A stretch of 64,000 nt of DNA from an uncultured delta proteobacterium (GCA_963782055.1 CAWAIF010000003.1:256001-320000); one strand, 5' to 3'; shown: positions 51,602 through 61,405, numbered from the stretch's first letter. Numbers and translations: made by a program. The notes: generated from the sequence alone by a model not told the origin.

Positions 51602-52537
51602 TCACCACGCCGGGACGCGCAGGGCCTCGCGCGGCCACGTCGCCGGAGGTGCCCCCGACGACAGCTCTGTTGCCGCGCACGGCGAGGGCGCCCGCTGCAG
51701 GCCGAGCGCGTGGGCGAGCACGCCGACGATCCGGTCGCTCGCCACTCCCTGCTCCCGGAGCGCCCGCACCGACGCACCCGGCGTGCGCTTGGCGAGGCGC
51801 TCCCCGTCGGGGCCGACCACCAGCGGCAGGTGCACGTAGCGAGGCACCTCGTGCTCCTTCGCCCCCAGCAGGCGCCTCAGGTGGATCTGCCGCGGCGTCG
51901 AGGCCAGCAGGTCGGCCCCGCGCACCACGCAGCTCACGCGCATGCGCCAGTCGTCGACCGCCACCGCGAGCTGGTACGAGAAGACGCCGTCGCCGCGCAC
52001 CAGCACGTAGTCGCCCACGTCCCGCGCCAGCGACTGAGCGAAGCGGCCCTGGCAGCCGTCGTCAATCGCAACCGTCTCGTCGGGCACGCGCAGCCTCAGC
52101 GCGGGCGGGCGCCTGAGGGCGCGACCCGGCGGCTTGTCGCGACACGTGCCGGGGTAGACCGTCTCCTCCCCCGCGTGGGGCGCGCTCGCCGCCCGCGCGA
52201 TCTCCGCGCGCGAGCAGTCGCACGGGTAGGTCAATCCTTGACGTGTCAACTGTTCCACCGCCGCGGCGTACGTGCCGCCCCGCTCCGCCTGCGCGTACGG
52301 CGCGAAGGGGCCGCCCGCGTCGGGGCCCTCGTCCCAGCCCAGCCCCAGCCACGCGAGGTCCTCGGCGATCCGCCCCGCCGACCCGGCGACCACGCGCGGC
52401 GGGTCCAGGTCCTCCACCCGCAGCACGAACGCGCCCCCCGCGCGGCGCGCGACGACCCACGACGCCAGCGCGACGAGCGCGCCGCCGAGGTGGAGGTCCC
52501 CGGTGGGCGAGGGGGCGAAGCGCGTTCGCTCGGCCAT
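51602..52537 (-). CDS. gluQ: Glutamyl-Q tRNA(Asp) synthetase
   Basis: RFAPSPTGDLHLG, LRVEDLDPPR, YPCDCSR, YPGTCR, YQLAVAVDD, RGADLL, RLAKR; short, no anticodon-binding domain. Confidence 0.92.
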   Translation of the reverse strand: MAERTRFAPSPTGDLHLGGALVALASWVVARRAGGAFVLRVEDLDPPRVVAGSAGRIAEDLAWLGLGWDEGPDAGGPFAPYAQAERGGTYAAAVEQLTRQGLTYPCDCSRAEIARAASAPHAGEETVYPGTCRDKPPGRALRRPPALRLRVPDETVAIDDGCQGRFAQSLARDVGDYVLVRGDGVFSYQLAVAVDDWRMRVSCVVRGADLLASTPRQIHLRRLLGAKEHEVPRYVHLPLVVGPDGERLAKRTPGASVRALREQGVASDRIVGVLAHALGLQRAPSPCAATELSSGAPPATWPREALRVPAW

Positions 52538-52551
52538 GCGCGTCACGTCCG

Positions 52552-53250
52552 TCACGGCGGCTGGTAGGGCCCGAAGTAAGGCGGCAGGTCCGCGTCCGGC
52601 GCCTCCGGGCGGGGCAGGAAGCGCGTGTAGACGAACGCCGTCGCCACGCCGAAGAGCGGCGCGGTGACCAGCGTGCCCACGCAGCACGCGAAGACGCCCA
52701 GGTAGACCACGATCCCCCCGACGACGAAGAAGAAGAGCAGCGGCACACGCTGTCCGCGCGCCACGCGGAAGCTCTCGGCGATCGCCTCGCGCACGCCCAT
52801 GCCGCGGTCCACCACGTAGTACGGCGCGAAGGCGAGCCCGAGCGCCACCCAGACGTAAGGCACGACGAGCAGCGGCAGCAGCGCGATCGCCGCCACGTCG
52901 ATCAGGCCCAGCAGCAGCAAGGGGAAGAAGAAGCGCACCCCGCGGCCGAGCTCGGCGAACACCGGCTGCTCCCCGCGCGCCGCCGAGCAGCGCATCGCGA
53001 TGAGCCCGCCCTCGAACAGCCTGGAGAGCACCACCGCGATGGCCGTGTCGATCGCGAAGAGCGTCAGCCCCTCACGCGAGAGGGGGTGCTCCGGTCGGAT
53101 CCAGACGCGCACGAGCTGGCCCGCGGCGAGGCTCGGCAGGGCGGCGACGACGCTCGCGCCGACGAGCGGGACGGGGTAGGCGCGGACGCCGCCCCAGCCG
53201 ACGTCCAGCGCCTCGCCCAGCGTCCAGGGGGCCACACCCCCGTCGGCCAT
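52552..53250 (-). CDS. Integral membrane protein (YciC/DUF975-like)
   Basis: Several TM helices; FAPYYVVDRGMGVREAIAESFR, ACCVGTLVT. Confidence 0.65.
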   Translation of the reverse strand: MADGGVAPWTLGEALDVGWGGVRAYPVPLVGASVVAALPSLAAGQLVRVWIRPEHPLSREGLTLFAIDTAIAVVLSRLFEGGLIAMRCSAARGEQPVFAELGRGVRFFFPLLLLGLIDVAAIALLPLLVVPYVWVALGLAFAPYYVVDRGMGVREAIAESFRVARGQRVPLLFFFVVGGIVVYLGVFACCVGTLVTAPLFGVATAFVYTRFLPRPEAPDADLPPYFGPYQPP

Positions 53251-53477
53251 TACTCGCCCGCGGGGTGTGTCGGCGCCGCGGCCGCGGCATCCGCCCCGGC
53301 GTCGCCGGCGTCGGCGGCGATCCCGCCGTCGTCACCGCCCGTGCTGGCCACGGGCTCCGCGGGGCGCGTCGCCCAGTAGATGCCCGCGACGAGGAAGAGC
53401 AGCGCGCCGAGGGCGGGCAGCCACATCGGCGTCTTCGGCTCGTCGGATGCGTTGGGGTCGTGGGAGTCGTGCGCCAT
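53250..53477 (-). CDS. Small single-TM protein
   Basis: DEPKTPMWLPALGALLFLVAGIYWATRP; stop overlaps next ATG. Confidence 0.7.
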   Translation of the reverse strand: MAHDSHDPNASDEPKTPMWLPALGALLFLVAGIYWATRPAEPVASTGGDDGGIAADAGDAGADAAAAAPTHPAGE

Positions 53478-53518
53478 CGGGGCCTCGAGCCGGCGCCAAG
53501 CCCGGCCGGAGTGAAGGG

Positions 53519-53591
53519 TTGTCTCTCTTGTCCGTCTCACGGACAAGGACAAAGATGCGCGGATTGACACCGAACCCGCCGGGCGTGTCAA
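53519..53591. promoter_or_regulatory. Hairpin and inverted TTGACAC repeat in divergent intergenic region
   Basis: TTGTC-tct-CTTGTCCGT-ctc-ACGGACAAG-GACAA (53519-53552); TTGACAC-N14-GTGTCAA (53564-53591). Confidence 0.55.
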
Positions 53592-53647
53592 GCTCCTGTA
53601 GCGCCCCGCCTCCGGGTCCTCCCTGCCCAACCTGCCGTCCTGAAGCT

Positions 53648-54679
53648 ATGCTCTCCCGTGTGATCACGCGCCGTGCGAGATGGTCCCGCCTGGGGCTCCC
53701 CCTGCTGGGGGTGCTCGGATCGCTCGCGTTTGCCCTGCTTGCCGGGGCCACGCCGCTGGAGCCGCTCCCCGGCAGCCGCACCGACACCCACGCCACCGCC
53801 ACACCCACCAGCGCCCACGATGGCCAGGAGCGGGCCCGCCTCGGCATCGTGACAATCGTCGTCTCCGGCCGGACGACAGGCCTCGGGGCGGTCCTCGGGG
53901 GCGACGGCCGCATCCTCTCCGCCCTCTCCGCGCTGCGCGGGGGCGATCACGCGGAGGTCCGCTACGCCGACGGCCACGTGGTCCACGTGCGGGTGGGTCA
54001 CAAGGACGCGGCCTGGGACCTGGCGCTGCTGGTGCCGCTCGCGGGCCGCTGGACGCAGGGCCTCTTCGCCAGCGAGCTGGACCCCCTCACCACCGAGCTC
54101 CACGCCTACAGCCTCGCCGGCGCGCGCCCCTCCCTCGTCGCGGCCAAGTACAAGGATCGGGTCGACGGCAAGGCCAAGGATGGGACCGTCCTGCCCTCCC
54201 TGATCGAGCTGGAGGGCCGGCCCCCACCTCTCGGCTCGCCCGTGCTGGACTCCGCCTACAACTCGGTGGGGATCGAGGTCCACGTCTGCAAGCAGGTGGA
54301 CGGCGGCTCGTGCGTGCCGCTCGCGGCGATTGCCCCGGTCCCCGCCCTGCGCGCGTTCCTCGCCCGCACCCCGGCCGACGCCGTCCCGCCCTCCCCGTGG
54401 CTGGGCATCAACGGTGTGCCGGAGTCGGTGGGCAGCGCCCGGGGCGTGCGGATCATGGCCGTCGCGCCGCGCTCTCCGGCCCAGCGAGGCGGCCTCAAGG
54501 GTAGCACCAGCGCCGCTCAGGCCGACGTCATCGTCGCGGCCGACGGGCAGCCGGTGGACACGCCCGAGCGCCTCGCCGAGATCATCAGCAAGCATGCCGT
54601 GGGAGACACGGTCAAGCTGAAGGTGTTCTCCCACGGAAAGTTCCGCGAGGTGCGCATCACGCTCCAGGCCCCGCCCTAG
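53648..54679 (+). CDS. HtrA/S1C-like trypsin + PDZ protein with degenerate catalytic triad
   Basis: Signal/TM, DGRILSALSAL, WDLALL, PPLGSPVLD, PDZ WLGI...SPAQRGGL...DVIVAADG. Confidence 0.75.
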   Translation: MLSRVITRRARWSRLGLPLLGVLGSLAFALLAGATPLEPLPGSRTDTHATATPTSAHDGQERARLGIVTIVVSGRTTGLGAVLGGDGRILSALSALRGGDHAEVRYADGHVVHVRVGHKDAAWDLALLVPLAGRWTQGLFASELDPLTTELHAYSLAGARPSLVAAKYKDRVDGKAKDGTVLPSLIELEGRPPPLGSPVLDSAYNSVGIEVHVCKQVDGGSCVPLAAIAPVPALRAFLARTPADAVPPSPWLGINGVPESVGSARGVRIMAVAPRSPAQRGGLKGSTSAAQADVIVAADGQPVDTPERLAEIISKHAVGDTVKLKVFSHGKFREVRITLQAPP

Positions 54680-54804
54680 ACGGCCGGAGGCTCGGCCGCC
54701 GGACGGTCGAACAATCCGAGGGGGCTCGCGTCGACGAGATACCGCCCGGGGCCTCGATCGGGCTATCCTCCGGACCTTCTCCGGTCTCGCGTCCCACTGT
54801 CCGG

Positions 54805-54850
54805 TTGACACGAGAAAGCGAGCCCGGCCATGCTTTCGCTCGAAGAGGAG
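54805..54850 (+). promoter_or_regulatory. Sigma70-type promoter and RBS of PP2C gene
   Basis: TTGACA 54805-54810, 18 nt spacer, CATGCT; GAGGAG 54845-54850. Confidence 0.55.
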
Positions 54851-54854
54851 TCAC

Positions 54855-55628
54855 TTGTCAGGTCCCCTCCGCATCGAGGTCGCCGGCGAAACCAACGTCG
54901 GCATGAAACGCACCCACAACGAGGACAATTTCTCCATCCTCGAGGACGCGGGCCTGTACATCGTGGCCGACGGCATGGGCGGTCATGCGTCCGGTGAGGT
55001 CGCGAGCAAGATGGCGGTGGACTCCCTCAAGGAGTTCTTCGCCGCCACGGCGCAGGACCCGGAGCGGACGTGGCCCTACAAGATGGACCGCTCCAAGGGC
55101 TACGAGGAGAACCGCCTCATCACCGGCATCAAGCTGGCGAACCTGCGCATCTACGAGAGCGCGCAGCGCGACCCGCGGCAGCGCGGGATGGGCACCACCA
55201 TCGTGACCATGTTCGCGGTGGAGGACGGCGTCTACGTCGCCCACGTCGGCGACTCGCGCGTGTACCGCGTCCGCGACGACAAGATCGAGCAGCTCACCGA
55301 GGACCACTCGCTGCTCAACGACTACATCAAGATGAAGCACCTCACGCCGGAGGAGATCGCCAACTTCCCGCACAAGAACGTCATCGTGCGGGCGCTCGGC
55401 ATGAAGGACACGGTGAAGGTGGACACCCGGTACGAGCAGCCGCGCGCCGGGGACATGTATCTGCTCTGCTCCGACGGCCTGTCCGGCCCGGTGAACGACG
55501 ACCTCCTGCTGGAGATCTCCAGCGGCTCGCCGGACCTCAAGACCGCCGCCAGCCGCCTCATCGCGAAGGCGAACGAGAACGGCGGCCCGGACAACATCAC
55601 CGTCGTGCTGGCGCGCTGGCTGAGCTGA
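54855..55628 (+). CDS. PP2C-family Ser/Thr phosphatase (Stp1/Pph1-like)
   Basis: RTHNED, VADGMGGH, GMGTT, HVGDSR, LLCSDGL, GGPDNIT. Confidence 0.95.
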   Translation: MSGPLRIEVAGETNVGMKRTHNEDNFSILEDAGLYIVADGMGGHASGEVASKMAVDSLKEFFAATAQDPERTWPYKMDRSKGYEENRLITGIKLANLRIYESAQRDPRQRGMGTTIVTMFAVEDGVYVAHVGDSRVYRVRDDKIEQLTEDHSLLNDYIKMKHLTPEEIANFPHKNVIVRALGMKDTVKVDTRYEQPRAGDMYLLCSDGLSGPVNDDLLLEISSGSPDLKTAASRLIAKANENGGPDNITVVLARWLS

Positions 55629-55649
55629 GCCTCCACCCCCGCCCCATCC

Positions 55650-56348
55650 TCACTCCTTCTGATCGTCTGACCTCGCTGGTGCACGACCACCCGTCGGGCG
55701 CGCCGCTCCGCGGCTGCGAGCCGGCGACAGCGATGCGCCTTGCCCCCGTGTACCTGAGAGGGACGAGGGGGAGGAGGAGAGGTCCTCTCTCGTGATCGCG
55801 CAGAGGACGTGGTCCTCCCATTTGCCTGCGATCTGCAGGTACTTCTCGGCGTGGCCCTCCCGGCGGAAGCCCACCTTCTCCAGGACGCGCAGGCTGGCGG
55901 CGTTGCGCGGCATGACGGCGGCCTGGATCCTGTGCAGGCGCAGCGCGCCGAAGGACCAGTCGACGACCGCGTGCACGCACTCGGACATCAGGCCGATGTT
56001 CAGGGCGTCCTTGTCCGTCCAGTAGCCGAGGTACGCGTTCTGGAAGACGCCGCGCACCACGCTGGAGAGCGCCACGCGGCCGAGCACCCAATCCTCCGGG
56101 CCGTCCTTCGGAAACACCAGCAGCGTGTAGCGCCTGTCGGCTCGCCACTCGCGCGCCGCCCGCGCGACGTCCTGCGAGACGCGCACCGCGGTGCGCGCCA
56201 GCGGCGCGAAGGCGCCTGCGGGGCTCCACGGGCCGAGGTGCTCCTCGTTGCGCTTCATCGACGCGGCGAGCGCGCCGACGTCGCGTGGCGCCGGGGCGCG
56301 CAGGACGAAGCGCGCCGTCTGGACGCGGGTGCGCAGCGAGACCGTCAT
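55650..56348 (-). CDS. GNAT N-acetyltransferase, RimJ-like
   Basis: HLGPWSP, VRGVFQNAYLGYW, LHRIQAAVMPRNAASLRVLEKVGFRREG, WEDH. Confidence 0.88.
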   Translation of the reverse strand: MTVSLRTRVQTARFVLRAPAPRDVGALAASMKRNEEHLGPWSPAGAFAPLARTAVRVSQDVARAAREWRADRRYTLLVFPKDGPEDWVLGRVALSSVVRGVFQNAYLGYWTDKDALNIGLMSECVHAVVDWSFGALRLHRIQAAVMPRNAASLRVLEKVGFRREGHAEKYLQIAGKWEDHVLCAITREDLSSSPSSLSGTRGQGASLSPARSRGAARPTGGRAPARSDDQKE

Positions 56349-58582
56349 AGGAGCTGCACCGGGTCCACGTCCGCCGTCACGCGCACCGCGCGAGGCACCA
56401 CCTCCTCGCGGGCGCGCAGGGCGGCGAACAGGGCACGGCGCAGCGCCGCGCGGTCCGCCCCGCGGAGCATCACGCGGAAGCGGAAGCGGCCGCGCAGCCG
56501 GGCGATGGGCGCGGGCGCCGGCCCGAGCACCAGCACCCCGCGCTCGGCTGCGCGCCGGGCCACGTCGCCGAGCGCCCTCCCGGCGTCGAGGGCGGCCCGC
56601 TCGTCGGTGGCGTCGATCCGCAGGAGCACCATGCGCGCAAAGGGAGGGTAGCCCAGCTCGGCGCGGTCGCCGAGCTCGCGCTCCAGGAAGGCGTCGACGT
56701 CGTGGCGCGCGGCGGCCGTGATCGCCGGGTGGTCCGGCGCGTAGGTCTGCACCAGCACGCGGCCCGGCGCGTCGGCGCGGCCCGCCCGCCCCGCGACCTG
56801 CACCATGAGCTGGAAGGCGCGCTCGGAGGCGCGGAAGTCGGGGAGCGAGAGCGCGGCGTCGGCGTTGACCACGCCCACCAGCGTCACGTGTGGCAGGTCG
56901 TGGCCCTTGGTCACCATCTGCGTGCCCACCAGGATGTCCACCTCCCGCGCGCGCACGCGGGCGAGCACCTTCTCCACCGCCTTGCCCGTCGCCACGTCGC
57001 GGTCCAGCCGGGCCACGCGCGCCTCGGGGAAGGCGCCTGCGAGCGTCTCCTCGAGCTTCTCGGTGCCGACGCCCTCCAGCGCGAGGGCGGGCGCGCCGCA
57101 CTTCGGGCAGCGCGCCGGCAGCAGCGCCTCGTACTCGCAGTAGTGGCAGCGCAGCCTGTCGCCCGCGCGCTTGTGGAAGGTGAGGGCGACCGAGCACTCC
57201 GGGCAGCTCATCGCCTCCCCGCACGCCTCGCACCGCACGCTGGGGGAGAAGCCGCGCCGGTTGAGGAAGAGGATGGCCTGCTCCTTCGCGGCGAGCGTCT
57301 GCTCGATCGCGCGGTGGAGCGGCAGGCTGAGGCGCCGGTCGCCGGTGGGGCCGGGGCCGGTGCGCTTCAGGTCGATCACCTCCACGCGCGGGAGCACCGC
57401 GCCTGCGTGGGCGCGCTCCGGGAGGCGGAGCTTGCGCGCCTTGCCGGTGCGCGCGAGCTGCTCGCTCTCCAGCGAGGGCGTCGCGCTGCCCAGCACGCAC
57501 ACGCCGCCGGCGCGGTGTGCGCGCAGGATGGCCATGTCGCGCGCGTGGTAGCGCACGCCCTCCTCCTGCTTGAACGACGAGTCGTGCTCCTCGTCCACCA
57601 CGACCAACCCCAGTCGCGCGACGGGGGCGAAGAGCGCGCTGCGCGCCCCGATGGCGACGTCCACGTCGCCGCGCCGCAGGCGCCGCCACATGCCGTGCCG
57701 CTCCTTCGGCGTGAGGCCGGAGTGCAGCACGGCCACGTCGTCGCCGAAGCGGGCGCGGAAGCGCGCGACGAGCTGCGGCGTCAGGGCGATCTCCGGCACC
57801 AGCATGAGCGCGCCGCGTTGCAGGGCGCGCGCGGCGGCAATGGCGCGCAGGTACACCTCCGTCTTGCCCGAGCCGGTGACGCCGTGGAGCAGGAAGGTGT
57901 GCGCCTGGCCGGCCCCCAGCGCCTCCTCCAGGGCGCGCACCGCCTCCGCCTGCGCGAGCGTCAGCTCCGGCGGGGTGTCCCGCGCCTCCGGCGAGGCGAA
58001 GGCGGGCCCCTCCGGCGCGTCGCGCACCACCACCCGCACCGCGCCCGCCTCGGCGAGCCGTTTGACGATGCCGCGCGCGCCGCCCCACTGCGCGGCGAGG
58101 CTGGCGAGCGTCACGCTCCCCGCCGCGCGCACGCGCGCCAGCAGCGCCGACGCTTGACTCGTCAAGCGTTCCGGCGCGCCCTCCGCGGCCTCCACCCACT
58201 GCACCTGCCGCGCGCCCACGCCGGCGGGTCTGTCGAAGAGGGTGGGCGCCGCCGCCTCCCGCGCGAGCTCGCGCTCCAGCGGAGGCAGCGCGAGGCGCAG
58301 CACGTCCCCGAGCGGCGCGACGTAGTAGGTCGCCAGCTCGCGCAGGAAGGCGAGCAGGTCCGGCGGGACGGCGGGCTCCTCGTCCGGGGCGCGCAGCAGC
58401 TCCCGCACCTTCGGCGGCGGCTCGCCCTCGCGGCGCTCCAGCACCACGCCGAGCACCCGCCGGTTGCCGAGCGGCACCAGCACGCGCGCCCCGGGCACCG
58501 CGCGCTCGGCGCACGCGCCGGGGACGGCGTAGGTCAGCGCGCGTCCGAGCGGGATGGGGAGCGCGACGTCGCAGAGCAGCAT
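56345..58582 (-). CDS. priA: Primosomal protein N'
   Basis: GVTGSGKTEVY, VPEIALTPQ, DEEHD, GSATPSLES, Cys clusters, GTQMVTKGHD, PDFRASER, QVAGRAGR, DVDP. Confidence 0.97.
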   Translation of the reverse strand: MLLCDVALPIPLGRALTYAVPGACAERAVPGARVLVPLGNRRVLGVVLERREGEPPPKVRELLRAPDEEPAVPPDLLAFLRELATYYVAPLGDVLRLALPPLERELAREAAAPTLFDRPAGVGARQVQWVEAAEGAPERLTSQASALLARVRAAGSVTLASLAAQWGGARGIVKRLAEAGAVRVVVRDAPEGPAFASPEARDTPPELTLAQAEAVRALEEALGAGQAHTFLLHGVTGSGKTEVYLRAIAAARALQRGALMLVPEIALTPQLVARFRARFGDDVAVLHSGLTPKERHGMWRRLRRGDVDVAIGARSALFAPVARLGLVVVDEEHDSSFKQEEGVRYHARDMAILRAHRAGGVCVLGSATPSLESEQLARTGKARKLRLPERAHAGAVLPRVEVIDLKRTGPGPTGDRRLSLPLHRAIEQTLAAKEQAILFLNRRGFSPSVRCEACGEAMSCPECSVALTFHKRAGDRLRCHYCEYEALLPARCPKCGAPALALEGVGTEKLEETLAGAFPEARVARLDRDVATGKAVEKVLARVRAREVDILVGTQMVTKGHDLPHVTLVGVVNADAALSLPDFRASERAFQLMVQVAGRAGRADAPGRVLVQTYAPDHPAITAAARHDVDAFLERELGDRAELGYPPFARMVLLRIDATDERAALDAGRALGDVARRAAERGVLVLGPAPAPIARLRGRFRFRVMLRGADRAALRRALFAALRAREEVVPRAVRVTADVDPVQLL

Positions 58583-58583
58583 G

Positions 58584-59828
58584 TCAGCGCCGCACGACGA
58601 CCCAGGTCAAAAGCCCCACGATGGCGGCGAGCAGCACGAGCAGGGGCCACGGCACGCCGGACCTCCGCTCCGGCGCGAGGGTGCGCTCCGCCTGCACCGA
58701 CGGCGGCGACACGTCCACCGCCGCGAGCGACTCCGGCACCGCCTCCTCGCGGCCGGCGCCCCCGGCCTCCGGCGGCTCCGGCGTGCGGAGCGCCTTCGCC
58801 ACGAAGGTGGACACGGGCATGGCGGCCTTCGCGGCGCGCTCGCGCTCACGCCGGCCCGCGACGATGTCCTCCCCGAACGTCTCGAACAGCCACTCGCCGA
58901 GCTTCAGCGGGTTGGCGCCGAGCTTCGCCGCCTGCACGTAGCCGTCCAGGTCCTCCTTGAGCGCGGCGGCGGACGGGTGGCGGTCCGCGCGGTCCCTGGC
59001 CAGCGCCTTCTTCACGATGCCGTGCAGGCGCTCCTCGTCGGGGAGGCCTCGCGGCGGCAGGTCGGGCACCGCCGCCGCGCGCGCCTGCTCCAGCAGCGGA
59101 CCGGCGTCCGCCTTGTAGAGCTTGCGCCCGGCGAGCATCTCCCAGAGCACGATGCCGGCGGCGAAGACGTCCGCCCGGGCGTCCAGCTCCTCCCCGCGCG
59201 CGTGCTCGGGACTCATGTAGCCCGCCTTGCCCTTGATCGCCTCGCCGGGCTCCGCGCCCGCGTCCACCGCCACGTCGTTGGCGTGCGCGATGCCGAAGTC
59301 GCACACCTTCACCTCGCCGTCGAAGGAGACCAGGACGTTGGACGGCGAGACGTCCCGGTGCACCAGCCCGAGCGGCGCGCCGTCGTCGCCCTTCGCGCGG
59401 TGGGCGTAGTCCAGCCCGGCGAGCGCCTGGCTCACCACGTGGAAGGCGAGCTCCGGCGGCAGCTTCACCTTCTGCTTCGAGCACCGGCGCAGGAGGCCGG
59501 CGAGATCGAAGCCCTCCACGTACTCCATGGCGATGTAGAGGGTCTCGTCCTCCCGGCCCAGGTCGAAGACCTGCACCACGTTGGCGTGGCCGAGCCTCGC
59601 CGCCAGCTTCGCCTCCCTCACCAGCATCTCGGCGAAGTCGGCGCGCTCGGCGTACGCGGGGAGGATCTGCTTGATGACGCACTGCCGCGCGGCGCCGACA
59701 TCGGTGCTCATCCGGGCGAGGTAGATCTCCGCCATGCCGCCCTTGCCGACGAGATCGAACAGCACGTACCGCCCGAAGGGCCGCGGCAGGGGCGAGGTCT
59801 GCTCGGCGGGCCGAGGTGACTGAGCCAT
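58584..59828 (-). CDS. Ser/Thr protein kinase with C-terminal TM
   Basis: GKGGMAEIY, HRDVSPSN, DFG, KGKAGYMSPE. Confidence 0.93.
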   Translation of the reverse strand: MAQSPRPAEQTSPLPRPFGRYVLFDLVGKGGMAEIYLARMSTDVGAARQCVIKQILPAYAERADFAEMLVREAKLAARLGHANVVQVFDLGREDETLYIAMEYVEGFDLAGLLRRCSKQKVKLPPELAFHVVSQALAGLDYAHRAKGDDGAPLGLVHRDVSPSNVLVSFDGEVKVCDFGIAHANDVAVDAGAEPGEAIKGKAGYMSPEHARGEELDARADVFAAGIVLWEMLAGRKLYKADAGPLLEQARAAAVPDLPPRGLPDEERLHGIVKKALARDRADRHPSAAALKEDLDGYVQAAKLGANPLKLGEWLFETFGEDIVAGRRERERAAKAAMPVSTFVAKALRTPEPPEAGGAGREEAVPESLAAVDVSPPSVQAERTLAPERRSGVPWPLLVLLAAIVGLLTWVVVRR

Positions 59829-59933
59829 CCGGCAAGGTCATAGCGCGATTGCGCCCGAGAGGCATGGGTGTCGGCCTCGCGCCCCGGGCCTTGCCTGTTG
59901 CGGCGTCGCCCCGGGCCATCTATGTCCGGCCGC

Positions 59934-60569
59934 ATGTCGAAGACCAAGCTCGACGCCGAGCTCGCCGCCACCGAGGCGGCCCACCGAGACGATCCGGAGC
60001 GCGCGGAGCTCATCGCGCGGACGCGGCGCTTCAAGTCGAGCTGGATCGAGCTCGCCGAGGCGCTCACCCACGTGCGCCGCGAGCAGGCGTGGCAGCGCTG
60101 GGGCCACGACTCCTTCGAGACCTACGCGAAGAAGGAGCTGCGGCTGCGGCAGGAGACGGTGGAGAAGCTGACCGGCTCGTACGTCTTTTTGCAGAAGCGC
60201 GCGCCGGCGGTGCTGCGCCGCGACGGCATCGAGGAGGCCATCCCGAGCTACCAGGCGGTGGATTTTTTGCGCCGCGCCGAGGAGCGCGACGACGCCCCGG
60301 AGGACGCCGTCGTCGCCATCCGCAAGAAGGTGCTGGACGACGTCGCGCCGCTGCCCACCGTCGCGCGCCAGTTCGGCGACACGGTCTTCCCCATCGGCGA
60401 CGCCGAGAAGAAGAAGCGCGACGCGGCGGCGCTCAAGAACGTCGCGACCCGCCTGCGGGATCTGCTCGCGGACACGCGGGCGGTGCCGCGCCGGCTGTCC
60501 GCCGAGGTCACGTCGTCGCTGGACGAGCTCCTCGCGGCCCTCGCCGCGGGGACCGAACGCGCGGCATGA
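59934..60569 (+). CDS. Conserved hypothetical helical protein, possibly DNA-binding
   Basis: RRFKSSWIELAEAL...WGHDSFETYAKKELRLRQETVEKL; typical codon usage; ATGA overlap with uppP. Confidence 0.7.
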   Translation: MSKTKLDAELAATEAAHRDDPERAELIARTRRFKSSWIELAEALTHVRREQAWQRWGHDSFETYAKKELRLRQETVEKLTGSYVFLQKRAPAVLRRDGIEEAIPSYQAVDFLRRAEERDDAPEDAVVAIRKKVLDDVAPLPTVARQFGDTVFPIGDAEKKKRDAAALKNVATRLRDLLADTRAVPRRLSAEVTSSLDELLAALAAGTERAA

Positions 60570-61357
60570 CCGTCCCCGTCGCGATCCTCCTCGGGATCAT
60601 CGAGGGGCTGACCGAGTACCTGCCCGTCTCCTCCACCGGGCACCTCATCCTGGCGGCGCACTTCCTCGGCCAGGACGCGGGCGCCTTCGAGATCGTCATC
60701 CAGCTCGGCGCCATCCTGGCGGTGCTGGTGCACTACCGCGCGCTGTGGCGGGAGCGCACCCTCGGCCTCTTCACGCGCGACCCGCGCTCGCTCGCCCTCT
60801 TCAAGGCGCTGATCGTGGCCTTCGTGCCGACGGCGGTGGCCGGGTTGCTGCTCCGCCACACCATCAAGAAGTTCCTCTTCGGCTCGACGCCCGTGGCGAT
60901 CGCCCTGGTCCTCGGCGGCGTCGTGATGATCGTGCTGGAGCGCGCGCTGCGCGGGCGTGCGGTGGCCGACGGCCTGGAGCACGTCACGCCGAAACGAGCG
61001 CTGTACATCGGTCTCGGGCAGTGCTTCGCGCTCATCCCAGGCACCTCGCGGTCGATGTCGACGATCCTCGCCGGCCAGCTCGCGGGCCTCTCGACCGCCA
61101 CCGCCGCGGAGTTCTCCTTCCTGCTGGGGCTCCCGACGCTCGGCGCGGCGACGCTGTACGAGGGGTACAAGTCGCGCCACGAGCTGATGAGTCAGGTCGG
61201 CCCCCTCAACATGGCGGTCGGCATCGGCGTCTCCTTCGTGGTGGCCTGGGCGGTGATCGCGGCCTTCTTGCGGTACCTCAAGACGCGCGGGCTGGAGCCG
61301 TTCGGCTGGTACCGGATCGTGCTGGGGGTGATCGTGCTGTGGGTGGTGGCGCGGTAG
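60566..61357 (+). CDS. uppP: Undecaprenyl-diphosphatase (BacA)
   Basis: GIIEGLTEYLPVSSTGHL, IQLGAIL, IPGTSRS, AAEFSFLL, FGWYR. Confidence 0.96.
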   Translation: MTVPVAILLGIIEGLTEYLPVSSTGHLILAAHFLGQDAGAFEIVIQLGAILAVLVHYRALWRERTLGLFTRDPRSLALFKALIVAFVPTAVAGLLLRHTIKKFLFGSTPVAIALVLGGVVMIVLERALRGRAVADGLEHVTPKRALYIGLGQCFALIPGTSRSMSTILAGQLAGLSTATAAEFSFLLGLPTLGAATLYEGYKSRHELMSQVGPLNMAVGIGVSFVVAWAVIAAFLRYLKTRGLEPFGWYRIVLGVIVLWVVAR

Positions 61358-61364
61358 CGCCGCG

Positions 61365-61393
61365 GGAACTTCCCGAGGCCGGGCCTTGTCCTC
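61365..61393 (+). promoter_or_regulatory. ECF sigmaE-like promoter upstream of ECF gene
   Basis: GGAACTT (61365-61371)-N16-GTCCTC; second GGAACTT at 61456-61462. Confidence 0.55.
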
Positions 61394-61405
61394 TCGGGGG
61401 AGGCC

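Noticed and set aside
55650..55790. Extra ~45-aa C-terminal tail on the RimJ-like acetyltransferase
   Set aside because: Low-complexity and probably stop-codon drift into intergenic DNA; no evidence of a domain.
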